Positions 8,188 to 17,802 of a DNA stretch of 64,000 nt are shown here, piece by piece. The stretch covers positions 3,825 through 67,824 of the forward strand of contig JAHJCJ010000069.1 of assembly GCA_018812825.1 (NCBI GenBank). Direction: 5' to 3'. Position 1 is the first letter of the stretch. Every line of letters starts with the position of its first letter. Below the pieces are notes generated by a model. It saw nothing but the letters and a program-made list of their open reading frames with translations, did no database searches and had not been told where the DNA came from. Both the position numbers and the translations under genes were made by a program. The stretch is from Candidatus Omnitrophota bacterium. GTDB taxonomy: Bacteria > Omnitrophota > Gorgyraeia > Gygaellales > Profunditerraquicolaceae.

Positions 8188-10902
8188 TCAACCTGCCTTT
8201 TTAAAACCTACAGCACAAACCTTAAAAGCCGGTGTCTTGGTATAACGATCCAGGGCATTTATGGTCAGCACGTTCACCGGCGCTTCAGCGTAATGTAAAG
8301 GTATAAACACCACTCCCGGCCTTACCCTATCTGTTATCTTTGCTGAAATGGTTATTCCTCCCCGGCGGGAATAAACATATACCAGACCCTTATCTTTTAT
8401 ACCGTGTAGAGAGGCATCCTGCGGATTTATCTCAATATAAGGCGGCCCTGAGAGATCATTTAATCCCTTGGTCTTAGAGGTCATAATAATATGATAATGG
8501 TACAGGTTCCTGCCCGTAGTAAGTAAGAATGGAAAATCCTTATCTGTTTCTTCCGGTAAAGCAGAATGCTTGATAGGATGAAATTTTCCTAATCCCCGGA
8601 TGAATTTATCTTTATGGAGATATTTTGTCCCCGGATGATCAACAGACGTGCACGGCCACTGCAGGCCTTCATCATCTAAACGCGAATAATTTATCCCGCA
8701 AAAAATAGGAGCCAAGGAAGCTATCTCCTGCATAATTTCATTGGGCGCAACAGAACCTAAATCGTACCCCATCCGCTTAGAAACCTCAGCGATAATTTCC
8801 GTATCCAGCCGCGCCTCTGCCGGAGGCTCAACTACCTTGCGCACTCTTTGGATCCTTCGTTCTGTATTGGTAAACGTACCCTCTTTTTCCGCAAAACAGG
8901 TAGCAGGAAACACTACATCAGCCATAGCTGCTGTTTCGGTCAGAAATATTTCCTGCACTACCAAAAATTCCAGCGCCCCAAAGGCCTGCCTAACTCCGCT
9001 CACACAAGCATCTGTCAAGAGAGGATCCATGCCCATGACATACATCGCCTTGACAGCGCCACGGGTGATCTCGTCATACATCTCGGTAAGCATTAAACCT
9101 TTTTTTCCGGAAAGCTTGGCCTTCCAGGTTACGGAAAACTTCTCTTGTACCGCAGGATTATCTACCGCCTGATAACCAGGATAGACATTGGGTAGGGTGG
9201 CCATATCGCAGGCGCCCTGCACATTGTTCTGCCCCCTTAGAGGATTTACCCCGCAGGATTCTCTCCCCACCTTACCACAAAGCATGGCCAGATTCGCCAG
9301 GCTCATCACATTTTCCGTTCCGCAGATATGCTCGGTGATCCCCAGCGTATAGATAATCGTTGATTTGTCGCAGCTGGCGTAGGTTACTGCTGCATCAATA
9401 ATCTTCTGTTTGTCTACACCAGTGATTCCTTCTGCCAATGCCGGAGTATATTCCAGAGCGGTTTCGCGAAATTCCTTAAAACCTTCCGTGCGCGTCTCTA
9501 TGAATTTCTTATCCTCTAAACCGGCCCTTATAATCACCTCCATCATCGCATTAAGCAAAGCAATGTCCGTCCCAGGCTTAAGCTGCAGAAAAACATCGGC
9601 AAACTGCGCGATCTCCGTGTAGCGCGGATCAATCACAATAAGCTTTGCGCCTTTAGCCTTGGCCTTCTTAACCTCCAAACCGATTACCGGATGCGCCTCG
9701 CTAACGTTTGAACCGATAATTAAAATACAATCCGCATCCTTTATCTCGTAAATAGGATTAGTCATAGCGCCACTGCCAAAACTCATCCCTAGGCCGCTTA
9801 CTGAAGGAGCATGGCAAAGCCTTGCGCAGTGGTCAACATTATTTGTGCCGATAGCCGCGCGCATGAATTTCTGAAAAATATAATTATCTTCATTTGTCCC
9901 GCGCGCCGAGGAAACGCCGGCAAAAGAATCTGGGCCGTATGTTGCCTTGATTTCGTTAAAACGTTTAGCCACAAGATTCAGTGCCTCTTCCCAGGTTGCC
10001 GGACGGAATACCTGATTAAGATTATTTTCATTGACCCTGATCAGGCGATCAGGATTAGTGCGGATTAATGGGACCTTAAGGCGCTGACGGCTGGCAACAA
10101 AATCAAGGATCCCAAACCTACCCTTCACACACAGCTGGCCGTTATTAGCCTGGCCATTTTTATCGGGAGTGGCTCTTACGATCTTATTATCTTTTACTTC
10201 AAGATTTATTTGACATCCCACCCCGCAATAAGGACAGACCGTAGTCACGGTCTTTTGAGTATTGTTCGATTCGCGGAAATCCTTTTCAATCAACGCCCCG
10301 GTAGGGCAAACATCTACGCATGCGCCACAGAATTCACAGTTAGAATCCTGCAGTTTTCTATTAAAAGCGGTAGCAGGCAACACGTCTATCCCCCTGTTAA
10401 CAAAATCAACCGCGCCTCTTGACCTTATCTGGTCACAAACACGCACGCACCTTCCGCAGAGTATGCAAAGATTATAATCGCGATCAAAAAACGGCTCGTC
10501 CGCAAAAACCGGTAAGTTTTTCTCGATCGCGGGAAAAGTGAGCTTTTCTACTCCCAGGTAAGCGGCAAGCGCCTGCAACTCGCACCTCAAATCCTTAACA
10601 CAGGTAGTACAAGTCTTGGTATGAGTAGACAAAAGTAACTCAAACACCTTGCGGCGAAGAAGAACGAGCTCTTCGGTATTCGTGCGCACCACCATTTTTT
10701 CTTTAATAACGGTTGCGCAGGACGCCGGGAAACCCTTCATTCCTTCAACCTCTACTATGCATAATCTACAGGCGCCAAAAGGAGCAATACCGGAATAATT
10801 ACACAATGAAGGAATATAGATACCGTTGAGCCGTGCCGCCTCTAGGATCGTCACTCCCTCTTCTACCTGTATCTCTTTTGAATCTATGGTTAATCGTATC
10901 AT
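8188..10902 (-). CDS. fdhA: Formate dehydrogenase catalytic (alpha) subunit, molybdopterin type with an N-terminal 2Fe-2S/4Fe-4S ferredoxin module; cysteine (not selenocysteine) at the active site
   Basis: 904 aa. It has an N-terminal NuoG-like Fe-S domain followed by a MopB catalytic domain. The active-site stretch is VDHCARLCHAPSV, with Cys where FdhF carries Sec. The ORF is continuous with no in-frame TGA. Confidence 0.9.
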   Translation of the reverse strand: MIRLTIDSKEIQVEEGVTILEAARLNGIYIPSLCNYSGIAPFGACRLCIVEVEGMKGFPASCATVIKEKMVVRTNTEELVLLRRKVFELLLSTHTKTCTTCVKDLRCELQALAAYLGVEKLTFPAIEKNLPVFADEPFFDRDYNLCILCGRCVRVCDQIRSRGAVDFVNRGIDVLPATAFNRKLQDSNCEFCGACVDVCPTGALIEKDFRESNNTQKTVTTVCPYCGVGCQINLEVKDNKIVRATPDKNGQANNGQLCVKGRFGILDFVASRQRLKVPLIRTNPDRLIRVNENNLNQVFRPATWEEALNLVAKRFNEIKATYGPDSFAGVSSARGTNEDNYIFQKFMRAAIGTNNVDHCARLCHAPSVSGLGMSFGSGAMTNPIYEIKDADCILIIGSNVSEAHPVIGLEVKKAKAKGAKLIVIDPRYTEIAQFADVFLQLKPGTDIALLNAMMEVIIRAGLEDKKFIETRTEGFKEFRETALEYTPALAEGITGVDKQKIIDAAVTYASCDKSTIIYTLGITEHICGTENVMSLANLAMLCGKVGRESCGVNPLRGQNNVQGACDMATLPNVYPGYQAVDNPAVQEKFSVTWKAKLSGKKGLMLTEMYDEITRGAVKAMYVMGMDPLLTDACVSGVRQAFGALEFLVVQEIFLTETAAMADVVFPATCFAEKEGTFTNTERRIQRVRKVVEPPAEARLDTEIIAEVSKRMGYDLGSVAPNEIMQEIASLAPIFCGINYSRLDDEGLQWPCTSVDHPGTKYLHKDKFIRGLGKFHPIKHSALPEETDKDFPFLLTTGRNLYHYHIIMTSKTKGLNDLSGPPYIEINPQDASLHGIKDKGLVYVYSRRGGITISAKITDRVRPGVVFIPLHYAEAPVNVLTINALDRYTKTPAFKVCAVGFKKAG

Positions 10903-10905
10903 TTT

Positions 10906-13900
10906 TTATCTGTCTGGCTTACCGATATCACACCTCAGGCATCGCCTGCTTTCTGAAAAAGCTTGTTTGGCAGTATATCCGCATTCAGCCTTAACGCGTT
11001 TCACTTTCTTCTGGTTATCCGTTGGGATATCCGATCTGCGCTTGGCAAAAGATAATACCCGATCAATTACTCCATCTCCTCCCAGATATTTATCTATTGA
11101 ACACGCTGCCTGCCTTCCGTCGGCAATTGCATCTATTACTGAACTCGGCCCGCGCACAAAATCACCTCCGGCATATACGCCGTTTATGTTGGTTGAAAGC
11201 GAGCGCCTGCAAATCTCTTTAATATCAATGCCGAAATCATTCTCCATCTCTTGGCCAATAGCCACAATAATTGTATCTGCCGATAATCTTATCGTGCTCT
11301 CAGGCTGAGCAACAACGCCCCTTCTTCCCGAACGGTCAACCTCAACCAACTGCATCTTTAAACATTCTAACTCTAGCTTTCCGTTAACACCTCCAATGCT
11401 ATGCGGAGAAAGCAGATATGAAATCTTTACCTTTTCCTTGAGCGCCAGTATAACCTCTTCGTTATGGACGGGCATTTCCTTCCTTGTCCTTCTGTAAATA
11501 ATATTGACGTCCTTTGCCCCGCATCTCCTGGCTGTGCGCGCCGCATCTATGGCGACATTTCCGCCGCCGATAACCAGCACTTTTTTACCTATGCGAAACT
11601 TTTTTCCTGAATTTATCTTGCGCAGAAAATCCAATGAATTAACCACTCCTTCTTTGTCAGCACTGGTAATCTTTAATTCTGAATTTTTCTGCCTGCCGCT
11701 AGCCACAAATACCGCGTCAAAACCTTCGGCAAATAATTCCTGCGGATGGTTCATAGTAACATTTGTTTTTATGGTAAAGGCAATTTTGCTTATGTAATTT
11801 ATTTCTTTGCGCAGAATACTTTTGGGTAGCCTGTAATCAGGAATGAGCGAAAGCATGCCTCCGGGTTTTTTCTGCGCCTCAAAAACAACAACCTCATGGC
11901 CTTTGAGGCCCAGAAAATAGGCTGCGGTCAATCCTGCAGGCCCAGCCCCAATTACCGCAACTTTTTTGCCCGTGGAAGGGGATTTATGAATATGCCTCTT
12001 CCATCCTGCGTCATCACATTCAGCTGCAAAACGTTTTAAGTCCCTAATGGCTATCGGTTCCTCCAAATCCTTTCTCAAACATTTCGCCTCGCAAGGATGA
12101 TAACAAACCCTGCCCAATACGCCCGGAAAAGGAACTTTCTCCCTGATCACAGCACATGCCTCAGTAGGCATACCGTCACTGAGCAATCCGACGTAATGAG
12201 GGACATCTATCCCTGCAGGACAGGTATCACAACAAGCAGCTTTGACTAAATCCTGACAAACCAACGCAGGGCATTTCTTATCTAAAATATGCGCGTGATA
12301 ATCTTCAATAAAATATTTAAGCGTAGTTAAGACAGGATTGGCTGCAGTCTGGCCCAAACCGCACAACGAAGCCTGTTTTACGGTTAAGGCAAGCTCTTTG
12401 AGCTGGGATAAGGTGTTCATATCGGCTTTACCCTGCGTGATTTTTTCCAGTATATTCAACAATTGTTTTGTACCCACGCGGCAGGGAGTGCATTTGCCGC
12501 AGGACTCTTTCTGCGTAAAACTTGAGAAATATTTTACCAGATCGACAACACAATTATCCTCATCGATGACAACCATGCCTCCGGAACCCATAATCGCACC
12601 TACACCCGTAAGCGAATCATAATCAATAGGCAAGTCCAATAATTCAGCAGGCAGGCATCCTCCGGAAGGCCCTCCAATTTGGAGCGCCTTGAACCTTTTG
12701 TCGTCTTTTATCCCGCCGCCGATATCATAAATAAGCTGTTTTAAAGTCATACCTAAAGGTATTTCAACTAAACCGGTATTCTTTATTTTACCAGTCAAGC
12801 AGAATGTCTTAGTGCCTTTGCTTTTTTCTGTCCCATACTGAGCAAACCACTCTGCGGAATTCTGCAGTATATGCGAGATATTAGCCAAAGTCTCTGCGTT
12901 ATTGATTACCGTGGGTTTACCCCTATATCCTTTTTCAATCGGAAAGGGCGGCCTAGGACGAGGCATGCCCCTTTTACCCTCAAGAGACGCAATCAGCGCG
13001 GTTTCTTCACCGCAGACAAAGGCACCCGCGCCTTCTTTGATCTGAATATCAAAAGAAAACTGCGACCCCAATATATTCTTACCCAGTAAATTAAATTCCT
13101 GCATTTGTTTAAGCGCGGCCCTTATTATCTCCAATGCCAGGGGGTATTCCGTGCGACAATAAACAAACCCTTCCTGGGCGCCGATGGCAAAACCGGCAAT
13201 AACCATTCCTTCTAAAACGGAATGCGGGTCACTTTCCAAGAGCGTGCGGTTCATAAATGCCCCGGGATCACCTTCATCGGCATTGCAGACTATATATTTA
13301 GACACTGCCTTTTCTTGCCGGCACATCTGCCATTTTAATCCCGTGGGAAAACCCGCCCCTCCTCTGCCGCGTAAACCCGAATTTTTTGCTTCCTCAATAA
13401 CCTTCTCCGGATCAAGAGCCAGCGCTTTATTCAATCCAGAATAACCTCCATGCGCTACATAATGATATAGATCCTGGGGATTTATAAGCCCGCAACGCTT
13501 GAGGATCCTTCTTACCTGAAGTTTCATAAAAGGTATCTCAGATAAGCGCGGGATATTGCCAAAGCCCTTACTACCGACAGTGCCAATAGTCAATCCTCTT
13601 GGCAGATTGCCGCTTGTAATATATTTTATAATTAGGGGGATATTCTTAGGTAAGACACTGCCGAAAGAGACGCGAGGATTTCCTGGCTTAATCACATCTA
13701 CTAAGGGTTCTAAATAACAAAGCCCCGCACAACCAACCGGGATTATGCTGAATTTAATCTTCTTGGCTATGAGCGCTTTTTCTATCTGGCTGCATATTGT
13801 ATCGGCGCCGGCGGATTTACCACAGGTAGCCATACCAAGGAAGACTAAAACCTTATCTGGCTCTTCAATCTTCCTCCAAGTCTCCAGGGCGATTTTTTCT

Positions 13901-13917
13901 AGCTCGGGAAAATTCAT
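10906..13917 (-). CDS. Fusion protein: thioredoxin-like 2Fe-2S domain + NuoF-like FMN/NADH 51-kDa module + 4Fe-4S ferredoxin + GltD/NfnB-like FAD/NAD(P)H oxidoreductase domain (FDH diaphorase beta subunit)
   Basis: 1003 aa. The NuoF-type motifs GRGGAGFPTG, CNADEGDPGAF and ESCGKCTPCR are present. The C-terminal half carries two Rossmann motifs: VAVIGAGPAGLTAAY (FAD) and VLVIGGGNVAIDAART (NAD(P)H). Confidence 0.85.
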   Translation of the reverse strand: MNFPELEKIALETWRKIEEPDKVLVFLGMATCGKSAGADTICSQIEKALIAKKIKFSIIPVGCAGLCYLEPLVDVIKPGNPRVSFGSVLPKNIPLIIKYITSGNLPRGLTIGTVGSKGFGNIPRLSEIPFMKLQVRRILKRCGLINPQDLYHYVAHGGYSGLNKALALDPEKVIEEAKNSGLRGRGGAGFPTGLKWQMCRQEKAVSKYIVCNADEGDPGAFMNRTLLESDPHSVLEGMVIAGFAIGAQEGFVYCRTEYPLALEIIRAALKQMQEFNLLGKNILGSQFSFDIQIKEGAGAFVCGEETALIASLEGKRGMPRPRPPFPIEKGYRGKPTVINNAETLANISHILQNSAEWFAQYGTEKSKGTKTFCLTGKIKNTGLVEIPLGMTLKQLIYDIGGGIKDDKRFKALQIGGPSGGCLPAELLDLPIDYDSLTGVGAIMGSGGMVVIDEDNCVVDLVKYFSSFTQKESCGKCTPCRVGTKQLLNILEKITQGKADMNTLSQLKELALTVKQASLCGLGQTAANPVLTTLKYFIEDYHAHILDKKCPALVCQDLVKAACCDTCPAGIDVPHYVGLLSDGMPTEACAVIREKVPFPGVLGRVCYHPCEAKCLRKDLEEPIAIRDLKRFAAECDDAGWKRHIHKSPSTGKKVAVIGAGPAGLTAAYFLGLKGHEVVVFEAQKKPGGMLSLIPDYRLPKSILRKEINYISKIAFTIKTNVTMNHPQELFAEGFDAVFVASGRQKNSELKITSADKEGVVNSLDFLRKINSGKKFRIGKKVLVIGGGNVAIDAARTARRCGAKDVNIIYRRTRKEMPVHNEEVILALKEKVKISYLLSPHSIGGVNGKLELECLKMQLVEVDRSGRRGVVAQPESTIRLSADTIIVAIGQEMENDFGIDIKEICRRSLSTNINGVYAGGDFVRGPSSVIDAIADGRQAACSIDKYLGGDGVIDRVLSFAKRRSDIPTDNQKKVKRVKAECGYTAKQAFSESRRCLRCDIGKPDR

Positions 13918-14333
13918 TTTATTTTTCTCAGAAGCAACAGGGCTTTCTTAGGCGTCGTTCTGCTATAGACCTTACTGTTGATAACAATAATAGGCCCCAA
14001 GGCACAACAGCCAAAACAGGCAACCCGCTCCAACCCAAACTTATTATCGCTGCTTACGCCTCCGCAACCAATACCCAGTTCATTCTCCAATGTCTCAAGG
14101 ACCTTTTCTGCGCCGCGCACATGACAAGCGGTGCCCAAACAAACCTTGATGCAATGTTTAGGCGCAGGGGTAAATCTGAATTGCGTATAGAATGTGGCAA
14201 CGCCGTAAATCTTACTCTTGGATATATCGAACTGGCTGGAGATCCGCGCTATGGCATGCTCAGTGATATATCCGGTATTTGCCTGGACCTCTTGCAATTT
14301 CGATATCAAATTAACCTGTGTTTTTTCGTCCAT
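13914..14333 (-). CDS. NuoE/HndA-like 24-kDa thioredoxin-fold 2Fe-2S subunit
   Basis: 139 aa with the NuoE-family cysteine pattern CLGTACHVRG...CFGCCALGP. It overlaps the NuoF fusion by 4 bp. Confidence 0.85.
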   Translation of the reverse strand: MDEKTQVNLISKLQEVQANTGYITEHAIARISSQFDISKSKIYGVATFYTQFRFTPAPKHCIKVCLGTACHVRGAEKVLETLENELGIGCGGVSSDNKFGLERVACFGCCALGPIIVINSKVYSRTTPKKALLLLRKIK

Positions 14334-14921
14334 TTAACTAGATTTTCCTCTGATTATTTCCAAGTCTCTTACGGTGTTGATATTGTAACATAACCACGGT
14401 GACAAAAATAATCTTTCTATCTGTCTCCGGGTTAAGAAAACCGTGCTGATGTATCTAAACAAACCCGAGACCCTCAATTTATTCTCTTTCAATCTGGCTT
14501 TTAAAACGGGAATGCATCTTTTAGAATATATTGCATGGAGATACTGGTATCTTTTATTTATAAAAGGCACGACTGCATCAGTGTTCTTGTCAATCTTTGA
14601 TTTCATATATTTAATTAAAGAGATACTTAAAAAAGGAATATCGCAGGCAGCTATAAAATTGTACCGGCCTTTAGAGCAAAGCAGCCCGGAGTATATCCCC
14701 CCCAGCGGGCCAAGATAAGGCATAATGTCAGTAATAACCTTTACCCCCTTAATGTGTTTAAATTTATCCGGCTTGTTCGTAACAATGATTATTTCTTTAA
14801 AATATCTTCTTAGCAGCCCAAGCTGTATTTCTATCAAATGGCGGCGGTTTATTTTCAGAAAGGCCTTATCCCGGCCGTGCATACGGCTGGCTTTCCCGCC
14901 GGCAAGAATTATCGCAGTCAT
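14334..14921 (-). CDS. mobA: Molybdenum cofactor guanylyltransferase
   Basis: 195 aa. The N-terminal ILAGGKASRMHGRDKAFL motif is the MobA nucleotide-binding signature. Confidence 0.85.
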   Translation of the reverse strand: MTAIILAGGKASRMHGRDKAFLKINRRHLIEIQLGLLRRYFKEIIIVTNKPDKFKHIKGVKVITDIMPYLGPLGGIYSGLLCSKGRYNFIAACDIPFLSISLIKYMKSKIDKNTDAVVPFINKRYQYLHAIYSKRCIPVLKARLKENKLRVSGLFRYISTVFLTRRQIERLFLSPWLCYNINTVRDLEIIRGKSS

Positions 14922-14922
14922 A

Positions 14923-16158
14923 TTAGTCTAAGAATCTAACTTTTACCTTTGAGCCCTTCTTAAAGAAAACTTGGCTTTCGCCTAAGATTACCAGGCTGTT
15001 TGCCAAAGACATAGGCTTTAACAAGGCTGAACCTTGCGGACCGGATAACCTGCTTAAGTAACGGCCATTCTGCCATCGAGTCCGTGCCCTTAAGAAATAA
15101 CGCATACCTTTTTTCTTTTGGATATCTTCTTCCAAGACCGCTTCTATCTCAATTTGTCTATCTTGTCTTTGACCGGTCATCTTCAATAAAACAGGGCGCA
15201 CGAATACCTCAAAGCTAATCATTCCGGAAACTGGATTTCCCGGAAGGCCGAAGATAAGTATTTTGCCGATATTGCCGAAAACCAATGGTTTGCCCGGACG
15301 CATAGCTACCTGCCAAAACTTTATCTTTGTCCCGATCTTAGCCAAGACATCTTTGACTAAATCAAACTCTCCTACTGAAACTCCGCCTGAAGTGAGTATT
15401 ATATCGCAATCAAACCCACGCCTAATCTTCTTTTCTAATTGACTGGGGATATCCTTGGCAATCCCTAAGTTCTTGGGGATACACCCGCATTTTACAATCT
15501 GGCTATATAATGTATAAGTATTAGAGCTTCTGACTTTTCCCGGAGCCAATCTTTGGCCTACGCCAACTAACTCATCCCCCGTAGCTAAAATAGCTATTTT
15601 TGGCCTGCGCACTACCTGAATCTTCGGTCTTCCCAGGCTTGCTAATATTCCAATATGACCACAGTTTAGCAGCGTACCCCTGGATATTATTAACTCTCCT
15701 TTTTTAATATCCTCTGCCTTCTTTCTTATATTTTCTCCTGCGGCTAACTCCTTATATACTTCTATCGATTCCCTCGGTTTATTTTGTATCTTCTTTGTAT
15801 ACTCAACCATAATAACGCTGTCAGCGCCTTTTGGAATGGTAGCGCCGGTCATGATTCTAATTGCCTGATTGTGGTCTATTGTCTTTTTGGCTATATCGCC
15901 TGCTTTAATGTCCTCAATCACTTCTAAAACTTTTGCATTATCGCTTGATGCGCAAATAGTATCAGACGACCTGACCGCGAATCCATCCATTGCAGAATTA
16001 TCAAATCCGGGGATATCAGTATCAGAATAAATATCTTCAGCCAAAACTCTTCCTAAGGCACCAGTCAGCCTTACGCTTTCTGATTCAATAGGTTCCACAG
16101 AATCAATAATTTTTTCTAATGCAGCATTAAACTTAATCATGTTTAATAAAAACCACAA
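14923..16158 (-). CDS. moeA: Molybdopterin molybdenumtransferase
   Basis: 411 aa with MoeA N-terminal and MoCF-biosynthesis-domain motifs (SAMDGFAV, GGVSVGEFD). Confidence 0.9.
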   Translation of the reverse strand: MWFLLNMIKFNAALEKIIDSVEPIESESVRLTGALGRVLAEDIYSDTDIPGFDNSAMDGFAVRSSDTICASSDNAKVLEVIEDIKAGDIAKKTIDHNQAIRIMTGATIPKGADSVIMVEYTKKIQNKPRESIEVYKELAAGENIRKKAEDIKKGELIISRGTLLNCGHIGILASLGRPKIQVVRRPKIAILATGDELVGVGQRLAPGKVRSSNTYTLYSQIVKCGCIPKNLGIAKDIPSQLEKKIRRGFDCDIILTSGGVSVGEFDLVKDVLAKIGTKIKFWQVAMRPGKPLVFGNIGKILIFGLPGNPVSGMISFEVFVRPVLLKMTGQRQDRQIEIEAVLEEDIQKKKGMRYFLRARTRWQNGRYLSRLSGPQGSALLKPMSLANSLVILGESQVFFKKGSKVKVRFLD

Positions 16159-16300
16159 CTCATTTACAACATTAAATTGGAGGGGAATTAAAATCCGGAG
16201 TTACCCGGAAGAAGTATCTTAACAGTCCAAGTCAGATGGGTTGCATTAGAGAATTAAAGGTTATTTTTTCATACTTATATGTACCAGCGTTTCGGTTTTA

Positions 16301-16699
16301 CTAAGACTCTGCCCCTTTTAATCCAAGTTGCATAAGTAGTTCGGCAATCTTTTCTCCATTATCAACGAATAAAACCAAACATACACCCACTGCTTTTCCG
16401 TCTTTAAATTTAACTGCTTCCGCCCTGCCCTCGCCTACGATCTCCTGAATTGGGCTGTCTATTATCTCAATATCCGCAGGAAGCTCTTTATCGGACTTGT
16501 CTAAACTTACAACCTTAACCCCAACTTTATATTTCTCATAAATAAATTCAGCCAAGCTAAAGGCTAATTTAGCTGGGCCATCAATACAAACAGTATCATT
16601 AATAAGATAATCATCTAATTTCTTAAAATCCTCCTCAGAGTTTAGTAAGACTACCCCTTTTTTCCTGGCTCCGGGTATCTGCGGTAAATTGGGCATCAT
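16301..16699 (-). CDS. Hypothetical protein (132 aa) between metF and moeA
   Basis: Intact ORF with an Ala-, Gly- and Val-rich segment, unlikely to be a shadow ORF. I recognise no family. It lacks the Cys4 zinc-ribbon pattern of the MetF partner protein MetV. Confidence 0.4.
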   Translation of the reverse strand: MMPNLPQIPGARKKGVVLLNSEEDFKKLDDYLINDTVCIDGPAKLAFSLAEFIYEKYKVGVKVVSLDKSDKELPADIEIIDSPIQEIVGEGRAEAVKFKDGKAVGVCLVLFVDNGEKIAELLMQLGLKGAES

Positions 16700-16772
16700 A
16701 TGTTTTTATTTAGTGAAATCATTGCACAAAGCGCAAGGGCCCTGCGGGTATTAGTAAACAGGGGTAAACCTT

Positions 16773-17645
16773 TTATATTAATCCACTGGCCTCTAAAACT
16801 CTAGGCACAACTTTATCCCAGCCAATAGACATGATATGGATGCCATTGCACATGGGTTTTAATTCCTTGATTAATCTTGCCGCGATTTCTACGGAAGTGG
16901 CTACTTTGTCTTTAGTTCCTTCCATCTCTTTTATCAGATTATCCGGTACATATACTCCCGCAACATTCTTATTCATATACCTTGCCATGCCGGCTGATTT
17001 TAATAAAACGATGCCAGCCAAAATCGTAGTCTTAAGATGTCTTATCTTGCTTAAGAAATTCTCAAATGTCTTTAAGTCGTAAACGGCTTGTGTTTGGAAA
17101 AAATCCGCTCCTGCTGCTATTTTCTTTTCCATCTTCATAATCTGCGGCTCTAATGGTTCTGAACCCGGATTAACTACTGCTCCCAAGCAGAATTTCGGCA
17201 GTGCTCCGTTTAATTTATTCCCTTTCATATCCAAACCAGATTCTAATTTCCTGGCTACCTGCAATAATTGTACTGAATCTAAATCGAAAACCGGCTTGGC
17301 TTCCGGATGGTCTCCTAAGCTTGGGTGGTCTCCGGTTAAAATTAAAACATTTTCGATTCCTAATGCTGCCGCGGATAATAAATCTGATTGCAGAGCTAGG
17401 CGGTTACGATCACGGCAGGTCAACTGGTAAATTGGCTCAAAGCCTTTTTGCTTAAGTAGGCAACTTACCGCTAAAGATCCCAATCGCATTACTGAACTCT
17501 GTAAATCAGTTACATTTATCGCATCTACCCGGGTACGAATAAGTTCTGCATCTTGAAGCAACTCATTAGTCTCGATCCCCTTGGCCGGGCCGACCTCAGA
17601 GGTAAGTAAAAATTTTCCTGCCTGAATTTTCTCTTTAAATGTCAT
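16773..17645 (-). CDS. metF: 5,10-methylenetetrahydrofolate reductase
   Basis: 290 aa TIM-barrel MTHFR family. Sits in the C1 cluster next to folD and fchA. Confidence 0.85.
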   Translation of the reverse strand: MTFKEKIQAGKFLLTSEVGPAKGIETNELLQDAELIRTRVDAINVTDLQSSVMRLGSLAVSCLLKQKGFEPIYQLTCRDRNRLALQSDLLSAAALGIENVLILTGDHPSLGDHPEAKPVFDLDSVQLLQVARKLESGLDMKGNKLNGALPKFCLGAVVNPGSEPLEPQIMKMEKKIAAGADFFQTQAVYDLKTFENFLSKIRHLKTTILAGIVLLKSAGMARYMNKNVAGVYVPDNLIKEMEGTKDKVATSVEIAARLIKELKPMCNGIHIMSIGWDKVVPRVLEASGLI

Positions 17646-17802
17646 TATATTTTAAATCCTAACGCGTCTGCCCTGCCTTATTTCTCGCAGGGTCCCTTGC
17701 TCAAACCAAAATAAACCATCCGCTAAATATCAATTTCTTAAAATATAAACTTGGTATTCTTTGAGCAGGCATAATCCCGAGAGCAAAATATCAAAATGGC
17801 AC

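Noticed and set aside
8188-10902. Selenocysteine recoding in fdhA
   Set aside because: The active-site position carries Cys (HCARLCH) and the 904-aa ORF is uninterrupted. No in-frame TGA or SECIS-like hairpin is required.
16301-16699. Interpreting the 132-aa ORF as a fragment of a pyridine-nucleotide-disulfide oxidoreductase, or as MetV
   Set aside because: No GxGxxG or Cys4 motif is present and the resemblance is only compositional. It is left as hypothetical.
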